A DNA stretch of 32,157 nt from an uncultured archaeon (GTDB lineage Archaea; Asgardarchaeota; Lokiarchaeia; Sigyniarchaeales; SOKP01), in NCBI GenBank assembly GCA_964629395.1, contig CAZVTX010000003.1, forward strand, positions 1 through 32,157, in the 5' to 3' direction. The position numbers and the translations under genes are program-made. Shown here piece after piece: positions 15,259 through 25,950 of this stretch. Below the pieces are notes generated by a model. The model was not told the origin of the DNA and did no database searches. It saw only the letters and a program-made list of their open reading frames with translations. Numbering within the stretch: position 1 is the stretch's first letter; every line of letters starts with the position of its first letter.

Positions 15259-16020
15259 ATGCAAGAATCAAAGATTTTAATATGCGGGCATCGGGGATAT
15301 AAAGGTAAGGAAATTGAAAACACTAAGGCAGCAATTTTAAGAGCAATCGAAGAAAAAATTGATCTCGTTGAAATCGATGTAAGAAAAACCCGAGATGAAG
15401 AACTTGTTTTATTTCATGATAGAAAAATCAATCGCTTATTAAATGGAAAGGGTTTACTTAAAAAATATACATTAAAGGAATTAAAGTCCTTTCAATATGA
15501 AGATGGTCAAAAAATACTAACCTTTAACGAATTTCTCGAATTAATAAAAGATAAAATTATCGGTTTAATCGATATTAAAGCCAGAAAAATCGAAAGAAAA
15601 CTAATAGAGCAAATTAATAAAAAACAAGTAGAAAATCAGGTGATTCTTCAAAGTCTATTCGGGAATATTCTAAAAAAATGTTATAAAATTGCCCCCAATT
15701 TAGAATATGCAAAATATTGTACTTATATAGGAAAATTAGGAAATTTTCTAGGTAAAAAATTTAAATTTCATAAAATAACCGCCCCCTTATTTTTTAAACT
15801 TCTCGTGAAGGGAAGCCCTGCAAAATATATAAATTTAGATGGCCCATTCATATATGATGAATTTATAGATTTGCTTAAACAGAAAAGTTATAAAATAATT
15901 TTAGGTGCCATGAAAACGGAAAAATATTTGAAAAATGTTTTTAAATGGAAAATAGATATAATAAATGCGGATAATCCTGAATTGGTTAAAGAATTTTTAA
16001 AGAATTATCCTAAATGTTAG
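15259..16020 (+). CDS. Glycerophosphodiester phosphodiesterase (GDPD family)
   Basis: ICGHRGYKGKEIENTKAAILRAIEEKIDLVEIDVRKTRDEELVLFHDRKI matches the GDPD HR...EN...A....G.D..E.DV..T.D...V..HD signature. Confidence 0.85.
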   Translation: MQESKILICGHRGYKGKEIENTKAAILRAIEEKIDLVEIDVRKTRDEELVLFHDRKINRLLNGKGLLKKYTLKELKSFQYEDGQKILTFNEFLELIKDKIIGLIDIKARKIERKLIEQINKKQVENQVILQSLFGNILKKCYKIAPNLEYAKYCTYIGKLGNFLGKKFKFHKITAPLFFKLLVKGSPAKYINLDGPFIYDEFIDLLKQKSYKIILGAMKTEKYLKNVFKWKIDIINADNPELVKEFLKNYPKC

Positions 16021-16161
16021 GAGATTTTAATTTGAAATTATAAATTTAAAAATTATTTATTGAATAAATTATTGCTTTCTAAAGCTTCTTTTTTATATAA
16101 AATAAAGATTATCTTTTTTACGAATAAATTAATACAAAAATTAGAGATTTGAAAATTTAAG

Positions 16162-18324
16162 GTGAGAAAAATTAGCTGTTCTTTAGATTCTTGCGATGCG
16201 GAAAATTTAATAGGGGAAAAGGAAGAAGATGAATCTTTTTTTGAAGAACATTTTTGGTTTTTTATAATTCCCTCCGCAATAATTTTAGCAGTTTCGATAT
16301 TTTTGGACTTTTTTACTGAACAAAATATTTTGAGTCAAATTCTCGCTTTTATTTCAATCTCTCTCTCTTCATACGGAATAATCTCGGAAGCAATTGAAGA
16401 TATTAAAAATAAGAAAATTACTGCAAATATACTTATTGTATTTGCCGCAATTGCCTCATTTTTTATTTTTCACGGACAAGAGGGAGCAACTGCAATCCTC
16501 CTATATGCTATTGCAGAATATTTAGAAGAAATCACTACCGATAAATCAAAAAGAGCACTAGCAGAACTTTTAGAGCTTGCTCCTAATGTTGCTTTGGTAA
16601 AAGAGGGCAAGAATTTTATTGAAAAGCCAACTGAGCAGGTAAAAATTGGCCAAATTATCGGCGTAAAACCAGGAATGAAAATTCCGTTGGATGGCAAAAT
16701 CATAAAAGGAAAAGCATATATAGATGAGAGTCCTATTACAGGTGAATCCGTTCCAGTCTTTAAGAAAGAAGGAGATGAGGTATTTGCCGCTAGTATTGTT
16801 ACAGACAATTTTATAGAAATTGAAGCAACTTCTACGATTAATAATACAATTGTAGCTCAAATTGCTAAAACGATTAAAGATGCCTTAGCTAATAAAAGTG
16901 ACCATGAGAAATTTATAGAACGATTTGCTAAATATTATACACCAATAATTCTTATTGTAGCTCTATTAATTATGACTTTACCTTCCATCTTATTTAATTT
17001 GGATTTTAATACTTGGTTTTATAGGGGGCTTGTATTATTAGTGGTATCATGTCCGTGTGCATTAACTTTATCAACACCTCTCGCAAATATTACAGCTCTT
17101 ACAAAAATGGCGCGAGAGGGCATTCTTGTAAAGGGAAATAAATTTATTGAAATGGCAGATAATATTGAGGTCATTGCTTTTGATAAAACGGGAACACTTA
17201 CGGAAGGAAATCTAAAAGTTTTTGAGGTTATCTCTTTTGATATTCCTGAAGATAAGATAATTGCAATTGCAGCAAGCTTGGAAAAACTTTCGGAACATCC
17301 TATTGCTAAGGCTATCGTGAAAAAAGCTGAAAAAATGAATTTAAATCTTTATAAAGTTGAAGATTTTGAGATTGTTAAAGGAAGAGGCATTAGCGGGACA
17401 ATAAATAATGAAAAATTTTATATCGGAAATCAAATATATTTGGAAAAATTCAATTATGAATTTCCTAAAGAAATATTAGAAAATATTGAAAAATCCGGAA
17501 CAATCCCCATAATTCTTGGAAATGAAACATCCTTATTAGGAATCATAACTATTAGAGATGTCCTTAGAATTAGTTCTCCTATTTTAATCAACGGTTTAAA
17601 AAATAGAGGGATAAAAGCCGTTATGATTTCAGGAGATAAGCAAGGTGTTTGCGATACAATAGGCGAGTGCTTAGATATTGATGAGACTTATGGAGAATTA
17701 CTACCTAATGAAAAATTAGATGAGATAAAAGAATTAAAGAAAAAATATAAAGGTGTGGCCATGGTCGGCGATGGTATCAATGATGCGCCTTCTTTAGCAT
17801 TAGCAGATTTAGGAATTGCTGTAGGGGCATCCGCTACAGATTTAACTCTAAAAACTGCTGATGTAATTATAATGAGTGATGATTTAAATAAGATTTTGAC
17901 TTATTTGGATATTTCCAATAAAACTAATAGGATCATTAAGCAAAATATATGGACATCAATAATTGTTAAAGTATCATTTGCGGTGTTAACTCTATTCGGA
18001 CTTATGACGTTATGGTTTGCCGTTGGAGTTGGAGATATGGGCGTCTCACTTCTCGTTTTGGCGAATGGAATGCGAATTTTCAGATATAAAAGTGATGAGA
18101 TGAAAATCTCAAAAAAAGAAATAATAAGTAACGCTACAATGATTATATGCGATAATTGCAGAACTAAAAATATAATCCCCCAACATCATGGAAGAGATAT
18201 GTTAATAAAGGATAATAAATTAGTCTGCTGGAGAAAAATGATAAACGGAAAACATTTAGCTCCTTGTAATGAAGAAATTCCTCTTAATTGCCCGTTATGT
18301 AATGAGCTTAGAAGAGTTGTGTAA
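16162..18324 (+). CDS. P1B-2-type heavy-metal (Zn2+/Cd2+/Pb2+) P-type ATPase with a C-terminal Cys/His-rich extension
   Basis: GTG start. Motifs: DKTGTLT, GDGINDAP, TGES, TM6 SCPCALTLSTP (CPCx4SxP), TM7 NIWTSIIVK (Nx7K), TM8 DMGVSLLVLAN (DxGx7N). There is no full HMA domain; only CSLDSC occurs near the N-terminus. The C-terminal tail is CDNC..HH..C..C..CPLC. Confidence 0.92.
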   Translation: MRKISCSLDSCDAENLIGEKEEDESFFEEHFWFFIIPSAIILAVSIFLDFFTEQNILSQILAFISISLSSYGIISEAIEDIKNKKITANILIVFAAIASFFIFHGQEGATAILLYAIAEYLEEITTDKSKRALAELLELAPNVALVKEGKNFIEKPTEQVKIGQIIGVKPGMKIPLDGKIIKGKAYIDESPITGESVPVFKKEGDEVFAASIVTDNFIEIEATSTINNTIVAQIAKTIKDALANKSDHEKFIERFAKYYTPIILIVALLIMTLPSILFNLDFNTWFYRGLVLLVVSCPCALTLSTPLANITALTKMAREGILVKGNKFIEMADNIEVIAFDKTGTLTEGNLKVFEVISFDIPEDKIIAIAASLEKLSEHPIAKAIVKKAEKMNLNLYKVEDFEIVKGRGISGTINNEKFYIGNQIYLEKFNYEFPKEILENIEKSGTIPIILGNETSLLGIITIRDVLRISSPILINGLKNRGIKAVMISGDKQGVCDTIGECLDIDETYGELLPNEKLDEIKELKKKYKGVAMVGDGINDAPSLALADLGIAVGASATDLTLKTADVIIMSDDLNKILTYLDISNKTNRIIKQNIWTSIIVKVSFAVLTLFGLMTLWFAVGVGDMGVSLLVLANGMRIFRYKSDEMKISKKEIISNATMIICDNCRTKNIIPQHHGRDMLIKDNKLVCWRKMINGKHLAPCNEEIPLNCPLCNELRRVV

Positions 18325-18349
18325 TAAAAAAAGATTAATTTTTAAAATT

Positions 18350-18820
18350 TTAAATTATATCATTTGAGGCAAAAGCGGCAACAATTTTACCGAAGAAAAG
18401 TGAATGCTCCGCCATGTTGCCTGATTTACATTCATGGACAATCTTACATTCATAACTTAACCATGAATCTTTAATCGTCGGAGGTTTAACTTTAGTTCCT
18501 TCAATAATTTCAAGATTATTTTCCTTAAATTTGTCCGTATATCTACCTGAGCTTGAGCCGGCACTCATAATTGCGTGCTCTATCTTATCTGAGGGGATAT
18601 TTAATGTAAATTCCGGAACCTCTTTTAATAATTCAAATGTATATCTGCTTGGAGCTACCGCAACAGTAATTATAGGTAGATGCCATAATTCTCCGATTGT
18701 TTTCCAATCTAAAGCCATTACATTTGGCTTCCCTTTTTTATTAATTGAAACTAAAAGTCCTGTTCTTTTATGAAAAATATCAGAATAATCATAAGGATGA
18801 ATTTCAACTCGTTTTGCCAT
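18350..18820 (-). CDS. Flavin reductase-like FMN-binding split-barrel protein
   Basis: 156 aa. GLLVSINKKGKPNVMALDW...ITVAVAPSRYTFELL...EFTLNIP...SGRYTDKF matches the flavin-reductase-domain layout. Confidence 0.75.
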   Translation of the reverse strand: MAKRVEIHPYDYSDIFHKRTGLLVSINKKGKPNVMALDWKTIGELWHLPIITVAVAPSRYTFELLKEVPEFTLNIPSDKIEHAIMSAGSSSGRYTDKFKENNLEIIEGTKVKPPTIKDSWLSYECKIVHECKSGNMAEHSLFFGKIVAAFASNDII

Positions 18821-18956
18821 ATTATATCTCCATATTATTTTAGATTAAGTTAAGTTTTTAATTAAATAAAGAATTCATTCAATTTAATATTAGCAAAAAG
18901 AAATTAATACAAAAGAAAAAAAAATTCAATAAAAAGATATATCATATAAATTTAAC

Positions 18957-19991
18957 CTATTGGACAACGGAAGGTGCTTTCTTCAATAATTCTTCTGCTT
19001 CTTTTACAATTCCTTCGATTATCTCCCGAATGGGTTTTATATCATCTATTAATCCGATACTTTGTCCTAATAATACTGCCCCTTCATCAATATTTCCGTC
19101 ATAAGTCATTTCATAATGTTTTTGATCCTCTATTAAATCCTCGATTGACATTGCCTTTTCTAAGGCAATTTTTTCATCCTTACTCTGAACTAAACCATGT
19201 GATAAAGCATATTTATTTTTCCAGAGTCTAATTGGACCAAGGAATCCCGTTACCAAAATTGTATCTTCTGCTTTAGCTTTTGGAGGAATTGCTTTATAAT
19301 TAGGGTGAAATTCGGATTCTTCAGAAGCAATAAATCTTGAACCCATAGCAATTGCTCCACAACCCATTGTTAAGGCTGCTGCTAAACCTAAACCAGTTGC
19401 AAAACCTCCGCAAGCGACTAATGGTTTATCTGGATATTTTCTTCTTACTTGCTGAAGTAAAACTAAAGTAGACACCTTTTCATATGATTGATGTCCGCCT
19501 CCTTCAGTTCCCGTACAGACTAATCCATCTACTCCTGCAGATACACATTTATCAACTAACCAGAGAGCAGGCCCAACATGAAAATGTTTAATATTAGAAA
19601 CTTCTTTTAATTTCTGAAAACTTTTTTGTTGTGGCAACATTCTCGGTGATCCTGCACTAGTTACCGCATAAACAACTTGCTCTCTAAGTTTTGGATTATT
19701 CATTATAAATTTTGAGATTTGTCTGCATAACATCGGGGCATCGGGTTGCATTCTCGCAGTCCGTACATTGAACCCAAAAGGTTTATCGGTGTGCTCAATG
19801 ACATATTCCATATTCTTTTTCATTTCTTCAATACTACTTTTACCATATAAATTCGTATGACTCAACATTCCGAGTCCGCCAGCTTCGGAGATAGCAACGC
19901 ACATTTTAGTGGTATAATAAGGACCCATAGGTGCCCCAATTATAGGATGCTTAATACCAAGCATCTCGGTTATATTAGTCTTAATAACCAT
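18957..19991 (-). CDS. Nitronate monooxygenase / 2-nitropropane dioxygenase-like (FabK-like) FMN TIM-barrel oxidoreductase
   Basis: 344 aa with ITEMLGIKHPIIGAPMG, VTSAGSP, GLVCTGTEGGGH and ACGGFATGLGLAAALTMGCGAIAMGSRF. Confidence 0.82.
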   Translation of the reverse strand: MVIKTNITEMLGIKHPIIGAPMGPYYTTKMCVAISEAGGLGMLSHTNLYGKSSIEEMKKNMEYVIEHTDKPFGFNVRTARMQPDAPMLCRQISKFIMNNPKLREQVVYAVTSAGSPRMLPQQKSFQKLKEVSNIKHFHVGPALWLVDKCVSAGVDGLVCTGTEGGGHQSYEKVSTLVLLQQVRRKYPDKPLVACGGFATGLGLAAALTMGCGAIAMGSRFIASEESEFHPNYKAIPPKAKAEDTILVTGFLGPIRLWKNKYALSHGLVQSKDEKIALEKAMSIEDLIEDQKHYEMTYDGNIDEGAVLLGQSIGLIDDIKPIREIIEGIVKEAEELLKKAPSVVQ

Positions 19992-20311
19992 CTTTTACTT
20001 ACCCTTCTTCATGTTTTTTTAAATTTAATTATATGAATATAATATTAATCATATCTAATACTATATGATTTTTAAAGTGAAGCATTGTTCACTCAGTTAA
20101 TATTGACAAAAAAGTAGAGGAAAACAATTTTCTAAAATCAATTAAATTCATTTTATGATAAATGGACTCTACAAGTTTTAATAACTAATAGCTATTCTAC
20201 AAAACCTAATTTTTTTTCTCTTTATTTTATTTTAACCAAATTATTTTAAAAAACTTGTTAAATATTTAAAGATTAAATGAAAATATAATCTAAAAAGTAA
20301 TTGAGTTAATA

Positions 20312-20992
20312 ATGTTGAACTCCACTAAATTAAAAGAATTAATTTTTGAAAGAGGAATTACAATAACAGAAGATAATGAAACTCATAAAAAAATAACAAA
20401 AAAGTCTTTTATAATAACAACAATTTATTCCATTTTATACGGCTGGTATGAGCACTTCATTGTTTACAATAATTTTAGATTATTGGATATAACCGGTGAA
20501 ATCGGGAATTGGGCAATGATGTATTTAGGAGTATTAATTCTGGTCGCAATTGTATCTAAATTTCGTATTGAGCAAATGGTAATGGGACTTTTTTATATGA
20601 CACTATTAGAAGATGTTTTTTCGCATTCAGGAAATATAATAACTTATGGAACGTTTCCTTTTCCGGCGGGCGATTGGTATGATGAATATATTGCTTCCTT
20701 TAGGGTTTTGGGTGGCTTAGGGCAACCAATTCCAATTTGGCCTTATGTCCCTATATTTTATGTATTCGGATTTCCGATAGTTTTTTTCTATTATCTTTGT
20801 GCTTATTTTAAGGACTCTAAATTTTCGAGAATTTTTGCATGGTTCGTAGGACCATTTTATCTTTCAATATTATTTGGAGCTTTAGGAAGCGATTTTCAAG
20901 CTATAATTATACTTATTACTTTTCCAATTATTTCCTATTTATATGCCTTATTTATTTTTGCGAATAATAACTGGAAATTTATTTTAGATTAA
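20312..20992 (+). CDS. Polytopic membrane protein, function unknown
   Basis: 226 aa with about 6 hydrophobic segments and no recognisable motif. It is co-oriented with, and 20 nt upstream of, the M28 peptidase gene. Confidence 0.6.
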   Translation: MLNSTKLKELIFERGITITEDNETHKKITKKSFIITTIYSILYGWYEHFIVYNNFRLLDITGEIGNWAMMYLGVLILVAIVSKFRIEQMVMGLFYMTLLEDVFSHSGNIITYGTFPFPAGDWYDEYIASFRVLGGLGQPIPIWPYVPIFYVFGFPIVFFYYLCAYFKDSKFSRIFAWFVGPFYLSILFGALGSDFQAIIILITFPIISYLYALFIFANNNWKFILD

Positions 20993-21012
20993 CATATTAG
21001 GTTTTTATTTCT

Positions 21013-22215
21013 ATGAGTAGATTCAAGACCGCAGAAGGAAAATATATGTATGAAGTGATTGAGAGGGTTTCTCAATATAAAAGGTTGTCAGGCACGGAAG
21101 GAAATGAAAAAGGATTTAATGAAATTTTAAAAATGATTAAAGAAAGCGATTTTAATCCCGAAATACAAGAATTTCAATGCTCAGATTTTCCTATTAAAGT
21201 TGCTTTTCGCATAAATGGCCTAATTTTGGCATTATTGTACACGCTAACATGGATTTCATTATTATTAAGAAATGGTTTTCTTGCATTATCGTTTTCGATA
21301 ATAGCATTTACTTATGCATTATTAAGTGAAAAAATTGCCTCGTATTCATTAGGAAGATTTAAAAACATTGGAAAAAAAATAAAATGTCATAATATTTATT
21401 GGTCAATAACCCCTAAAGAACGCCCAAAATATCATCTTATAATGTGCGGGCATATAGATTCCAAAAGTCAAACTTTTCCCGTAAAACTTAGGGCTTTCTT
21501 AATGATTGCGATGACAATAACTATGCTTATCTTTTCAATTCGGGCATTATTATTTTCAATTTATCTTTTAATTGGTTCTTTTCTGTGGATCAAAGATGTC
21601 GTAATTCCATCAATTTATTCTATGATTTGGACTTATTTCATTACTTTATCTATATTATTTAATGGTTATGGAAATAAATCTCCTGGTGCAAATGATAATT
21701 TAACGGGAACTGCTTGTGTTATTCAATTAGCAAGGTATTTCCAAAAAAATCCGTTAAAAAATACCGAATTAGTCTTTTTATTGACAGACGCCGAAGAAAT
21801 GGGTTTATACGGAGCTCAAGCATTTATTGATGAAAAAAATAAAGATTTTGCTCCTAAAAACACTTTTTTTATCGTATATGATACAATCGGGGATAAACCT
21901 CTCTTAAATCTTAAAAGCTTCGGAATACCACCAAAAATCGTTTCCAAAAGATTTCAAAAAATCGTGGCTCTGGCCAAAGAGAAGAATATGCTCCCTAAAC
22001 TAAAAAGTATGTATTTACCGATTGGAGCTGCCACTGACCACGTAATTTTTAAACGTTATGGATATGATGTATTAATAATTGCAAGTTTATGTAAAAAAGT
22101 TCATACTAAAAATGATACAATTGATTATATTTATGAAGAACCCCTGATACAAGCTTTAGAGGCGGGAAAAGCCATTGCGGAGCTTATTGATTCAGAAATA
22201 TGTTCAGAAAATTAA
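21013..22215 (+). CDS. Membrane-embedded M28-family metallopeptidase
   Basis: Zn ligand-type motifs are CGHIDSK, GANDNLTGTACVIQLAR, LLTDAEEMGLYGAQAF and AATDHVIF. Several TM segments are inserted between the first His motif and the GANDN motif. Confidence 0.8.
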   Translation: MSRFKTAEGKYMYEVIERVSQYKRLSGTEGNEKGFNEILKMIKESDFNPEIQEFQCSDFPIKVAFRINGLILALLYTLTWISLLLRNGFLALSFSIIAFTYALLSEKIASYSLGRFKNIGKKIKCHNIYWSITPKERPKYHLIMCGHIDSKSQTFPVKLRAFLMIAMTITMLIFSIRALLFSIYLLIGSFLWIKDVVIPSIYSMIWTYFITLSILFNGYGNKSPGANDNLTGTACVIQLARYFQKNPLKNTELVFLLTDAEEMGLYGAQAFIDEKNKDFAPKNTFFIVYDTIGDKPLLNLKSFGIPPKIVSKRFQKIVALAKEKNMLPKLKSMYLPIGAATDHVIFKRYGYDVLIIASLCKKVHTKNDTIDYIYEEPLIQALEAGKAIAELIDSEICSEN

Positions 22216-25200
22216 TCATTAAATATTTTTATAACAAATATAATTTCGGTGGTAAAATGCTTAAAGTAAAATATTATTTTTATGAGATTGCATCATCTTC
22301 ACTGGGAATTTCCTTAATATTTCTATTTGGGACGCTCTCTTTATTTCCTAAAGAGATTATGTTAATGGGCGATGGTCAAACTTGGTTTTATGCTCTCTCA
22401 ATCTTTACAATTGGGATTTGGTGCGGATTTATTTTCCTTTCTCTTTTAAGGTTTAAACATACACTCATTTTAATGCGAATTTCGGATGTCTTAATTTGTA
22501 TAATCGCAGCAATCTTAGTTTCAGTCTATTTATGGTTTACAAAGGACATGATGGAATCGTGGATCGTTCAAGGAGCATGGTTTTTAAGATATAACGGTGT
22601 CTTAGTCGGAATATTTTTAGGTCTCATTTCTTTTAAGACAATTGCGGGAATTTCATTTCTAATTAAAAAGTTAAATGAGTCAGAATCAGAATCAGAATCG
22701 GCGAAATCTCTGGCAAGATTAAGAACAGTTGTATTTTTAATTACCTTTTTGAGTTTCTCATTTTATATAATTGAGATCATAATGTATCGATATTTAACGC
22801 TCTTATATGTATTTATTACGATTTTTATTATTCAATTAATTTTATTACCTATTTCGGTGCTTTTGTTTGGTAATTTGAAATATAGGGAATTAGGTTTAAT
22901 TAATTTAAAGGATATAGATATTGCTAAGAATAATATAAATGTTAAAAAACGAAAATTAATTGAAAAGTTAAATAGAAGGTTAATTCATTCTAATACGGAT
23001 AAATCTGATTTTTGGTGGCTATTTTTTCCGCTATCATTTGCCGTAATTTTATCGATTTGTGTTATAGTACTGTATCCATTCAATTTAATGGTGAGTTTTT
23101 CTTTTCCATGGCAAAATAGCACAGTTTCTGCAACAATTCCATTAATACAATTATTAGGTTATTTGCAACTTTTAATTGTATTCTTTTCAATTATTTTTCT
23201 TACAGCAGGAAGCAGAGCGAAAAGAAAATATGAACCTTTTTTCAGAGGTAGAAAATTACATCATCTAAAAAGATCTACATTAGGATTTTTAGATGCGGGA
23301 AAATTTTTAGGTTTATGGCTCGTTATTAATCTATTGATTTATTTCTATGATTATCCTCTATTTTATCCGAAAATTGTTTCATTATATTTATTTTTCGGAC
23401 TAATTGGTGCATTAATATATTTTATAATTGGCCGTTCTGAAAAAAGCCGACAATTGCTATATCTTATTGCTATAATTGTATTAATAATAAACCTCGGTTT
23501 AATTTATCAAGATGGAATGTATAATTATGAAAATTATTATGACGGAGAATTTGAAATTACATTTCCTTTCAAATATCTTCATAGTTGGCAGAATTTATTA
23601 AGCGTTGGAATTTGTGTTGGAATTTTAATCTCTGATTTATTATTAAATTTTACTTTTCGATATACGGATGGTGGCGATTCAATTAATCGGAGTGCTTTAA
23701 TTATTAGTGCCTGTTTTCTTGGTGGCTTATTGAGCACTCCTGCATTCTGGCTTATTAATAATCCCGGAGGTGATCCACCGCTAACGGATCAAACTAATGA
23801 AATATTTTTTTGGTTCTGCCTTGGTTTGGCTTTAATTTTATTAATTGGTTATGGCATTAATCACATGATCTCGGATATAATATTTCCTCTTGTTAGAAAG
23901 ACAAAATTATCAAATGAAAATATCAATTCTGAGGAGAAGAATAAGACACGTAATATTTTAAAGGCAAAACGAAATCCAAAAGCATTAACTAATAATACTC
24001 CTAATCATCGGCAAAAAAAAGTAATTGCCATTTCTTTATCTATAATCGTTGTAATTGCAGCTTTAGGAGGAGTTCTTATTTATTTTTCCTTTCGTGAAAA
24101 TTATAAAAAACCAATTTTAATCTACTCTCCCGGAAATTATTATATTTGGCTTCAAAATGCGTCAGAGCGGGTCGGTAGGAAGACCGAGATTTGTCTTGAA
24201 TCGTCCCCTCGAATAGATGCAGTAGAATTGAAATTGGCAAAAAACGAATACGGTGCATTTCAATTAGTTTGGCATTTATTAGGAGAACCTATAAAGTCTT
24301 TAACTTATAATATTTCGGATTTTGTAAATAAAGATGATAATTCTCAAATTATAGGTGCCAATTACAGTAATCTACGACTTGAAGAATATATTATTGAGAA
24401 TGAATTTCCCGATGTCCTCTTACCTTTTAATAGAATTGATTTGACCCGTAAGCAAAACTATATCTTTTGGTTTTCAATTAAAACACCTTATAATATAAAA
24501 GCAGGAACATATGAAGGACAAATAGAATTTAAATTCAATGGAGATAAATCCGAAAAAATAAAAATAAATCTTAAAATATGGGATTTTGCCGTTCCTAAGA
24601 TGAGACATCTGAGAACAAATATCGGGGGTCACCATTATGAAGATGATATCGTTAATAATTATTTATATCATAGAATGAATGATTATGGGGTTCCGATCAG
24701 GGCAGCCTCTAATATTAACCAATTAGGCTCGCCAGGCGGGTATGTATGTTATTGGAATGATACATCAAAAGAATGGATTTTCAATTGGACTTGGTGGGAC
24801 AATAAAACACAATATAAATTAAATGGCGGGATGAATGCATTTACCGTCCAATATCCTTTAGGTATAGCTGATGGTAGAGTCCCATATATTAACGATGATG
24901 ATCGTATGTCAAAAATGAAAAAATGGTTAGAAGGAATGCAATCGCACATGATAGCAAAAGGATGGCTAAATTACTGCTATTATTATTTTATTGATGAATT
25001 TCAAATGTTTATTCCTGAAGAATATGATTCCAGGGCTGACTATTTTGCAGATCTTAAAATATTATTAAAAGCAATGAAAGAGGCCGCTCCAAAAATAAAA
25101 ATTATGACAACAACTCCGCCGACTGCTGAACTTGAAGATTTAAGAGATTATATAGATATTTATTGTCCTGTTAGTTATGACCGCGATAAAGAAAGATGGG

Positions 25201-25751
25201 ATGATCGCATTAAAGCAGGGAGAGAGTTTTGGATGTATGCGTGTGTAGGACCTATGGCTCCTTGGCCCAATTCCCACTTATATAATCGTCTTTATGAATG
25301 CAGAATTTTACTTTGGCAGTGCTGGCTTTATGGACTTCACGGATTTTTATATTGGTCCTCAACCGCTTATTATCACGGACAGTACGGAATTGGCTACAAT
25401 GGCTGGGGAGATGGTTGGTTCATTTATTATCGGAATGGAAATTATTATGACTCACTTCGATGGGAAAATTATCTTATGGCTCAACAAGATTTTGAATATC
25501 TCTGGCTTTTAAAAGCAACTATTGATTACCTAAAGGATAATCCCGAAATTATCTCCGAGAAAGATATCGAGAATTATGAAAATGAATTAGAGAATATAAT
25601 TAACACAGTAGTAGGAGAAAAATGGGTTTATTGTGATCACCCATCTATAGTTTACAATGCAAGGGAGCAAATCGGAAATATGCTGGATAATTTAAGCGAA
25701 AAAGTAAATCTAACAAATATCGGAGAGAAAAAGTGGACAGAATATATGTGA
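22200..25751 (+). CDS. Very large protein: about 600-aa polytopic membrane region plus about 550-aa extracytoplasmic DUF4091/GH123-like glycoside-hydrolase-type domain (tentative)
   Basis: The ATG at 22200 overlaps the M28 gene by 16 nt; an alternative ATG is at 22257. The N-terminal half has at least 14 hydrophobic segments. The C-terminal FWMYACVGPMAPWPNSHLYNRLYECRILLWQCWLYGLHGFLYWS and YYYFIDEF resemble the DUF4091 region as I recall it. Confidence 0.7.
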   Translation: MFRKLIIKYFYNKYNFGGKMLKVKYYFYEIASSSLGISLIFLFGTLSLFPKEIMLMGDGQTWFYALSIFTIGIWCGFIFLSLLRFKHTLILMRISDVLICIIAAILVSVYLWFTKDMMESWIVQGAWFLRYNGVLVGIFLGLISFKTIAGISFLIKKLNESESESESAKSLARLRTVVFLITFLSFSFYIIEIIMYRYLTLLYVFITIFIIQLILLPISVLLFGNLKYRELGLINLKDIDIAKNNINVKKRKLIEKLNRRLIHSNTDKSDFWWLFFPLSFAVILSICVIVLYPFNLMVSFSFPWQNSTVSATIPLIQLLGYLQLLIVFFSIIFLTAGSRAKRKYEPFFRGRKLHHLKRSTLGFLDAGKFLGLWLVINLLIYFYDYPLFYPKIVSLYLFFGLIGALIYFIIGRSEKSRQLLYLIAIIVLIINLGLIYQDGMYNYENYYDGEFEITFPFKYLHSWQNLLSVGICVGILISDLLLNFTFRYTDGGDSINRSALIISACFLGGLLSTPAFWLINNPGGDPPLTDQTNEIFFWFCLGLALILLIGYGINHMISDIIFPLVRKTKLSNENINSEEKNKTRNILKAKRNPKALTNNTPNHRQKKVIAISLSIIVVIAALGGVLIYFSFRENYKKPILIYSPGNYYIWLQNASERVGRKTEICLESSPRIDAVELKLAKNEYGAFQLVWHLLGEPIKSLTYNISDFVNKDDNSQIIGANYSNLRLEEYIIENEFPDVLLPFNRIDLTRKQNYIFWFSIKTPYNIKAGTYEGQIEFKFNGDKSEKIKINLKIWDFAVPKMRHLRTNIGGHHYEDDIVNNYLYHRMNDYGVPIRAASNINQLGSPGGYVCYWNDTSKEWIFNWTWWDNKTQYKLNGGMNAFTVQYPLGIADGRVPYINDDDRMSKMKKWLEGMQSHMIAKGWLNYCYYYFIDEFQMFIPEEYDSRADYFADLKILLKAMKEAAPKIKIMTTTPPTAELEDLRDYIDIYCPVSYDRDKERWDDRIKAGREFWMYACVGPMAPWPNSHLYNRLYECRILLWQCWLYGLHGFLYWSSTAYYHGQYGIGYNGWGDGWFIYYRNGNYYDSLRWENYLMAQQDFEYLWLLKATIDYLKDNPEIISEKDIENYENELENIINTVVGEKWVYCDHPSIVYNAREQIGNMLDNLSEKVNLTNIGEKKWTEYM

Positions 25752-25950
25752 AAGTTTTTAAAATAAGCTTTTATTGTTAAATAATTGAAATTTTCAAATT
25801 AATTTTTATTGAAAGAGAGATTTAATTATCAATTTAGAAAAATAAATTTCAAAATTAGATGTATTTATTTAATTATCTTTATATTATTAGTTAAAGAATA
25901 ATTAAGATATATAAAAATAGATTTTAAATAAAACAATAAAAATTAAAAGA

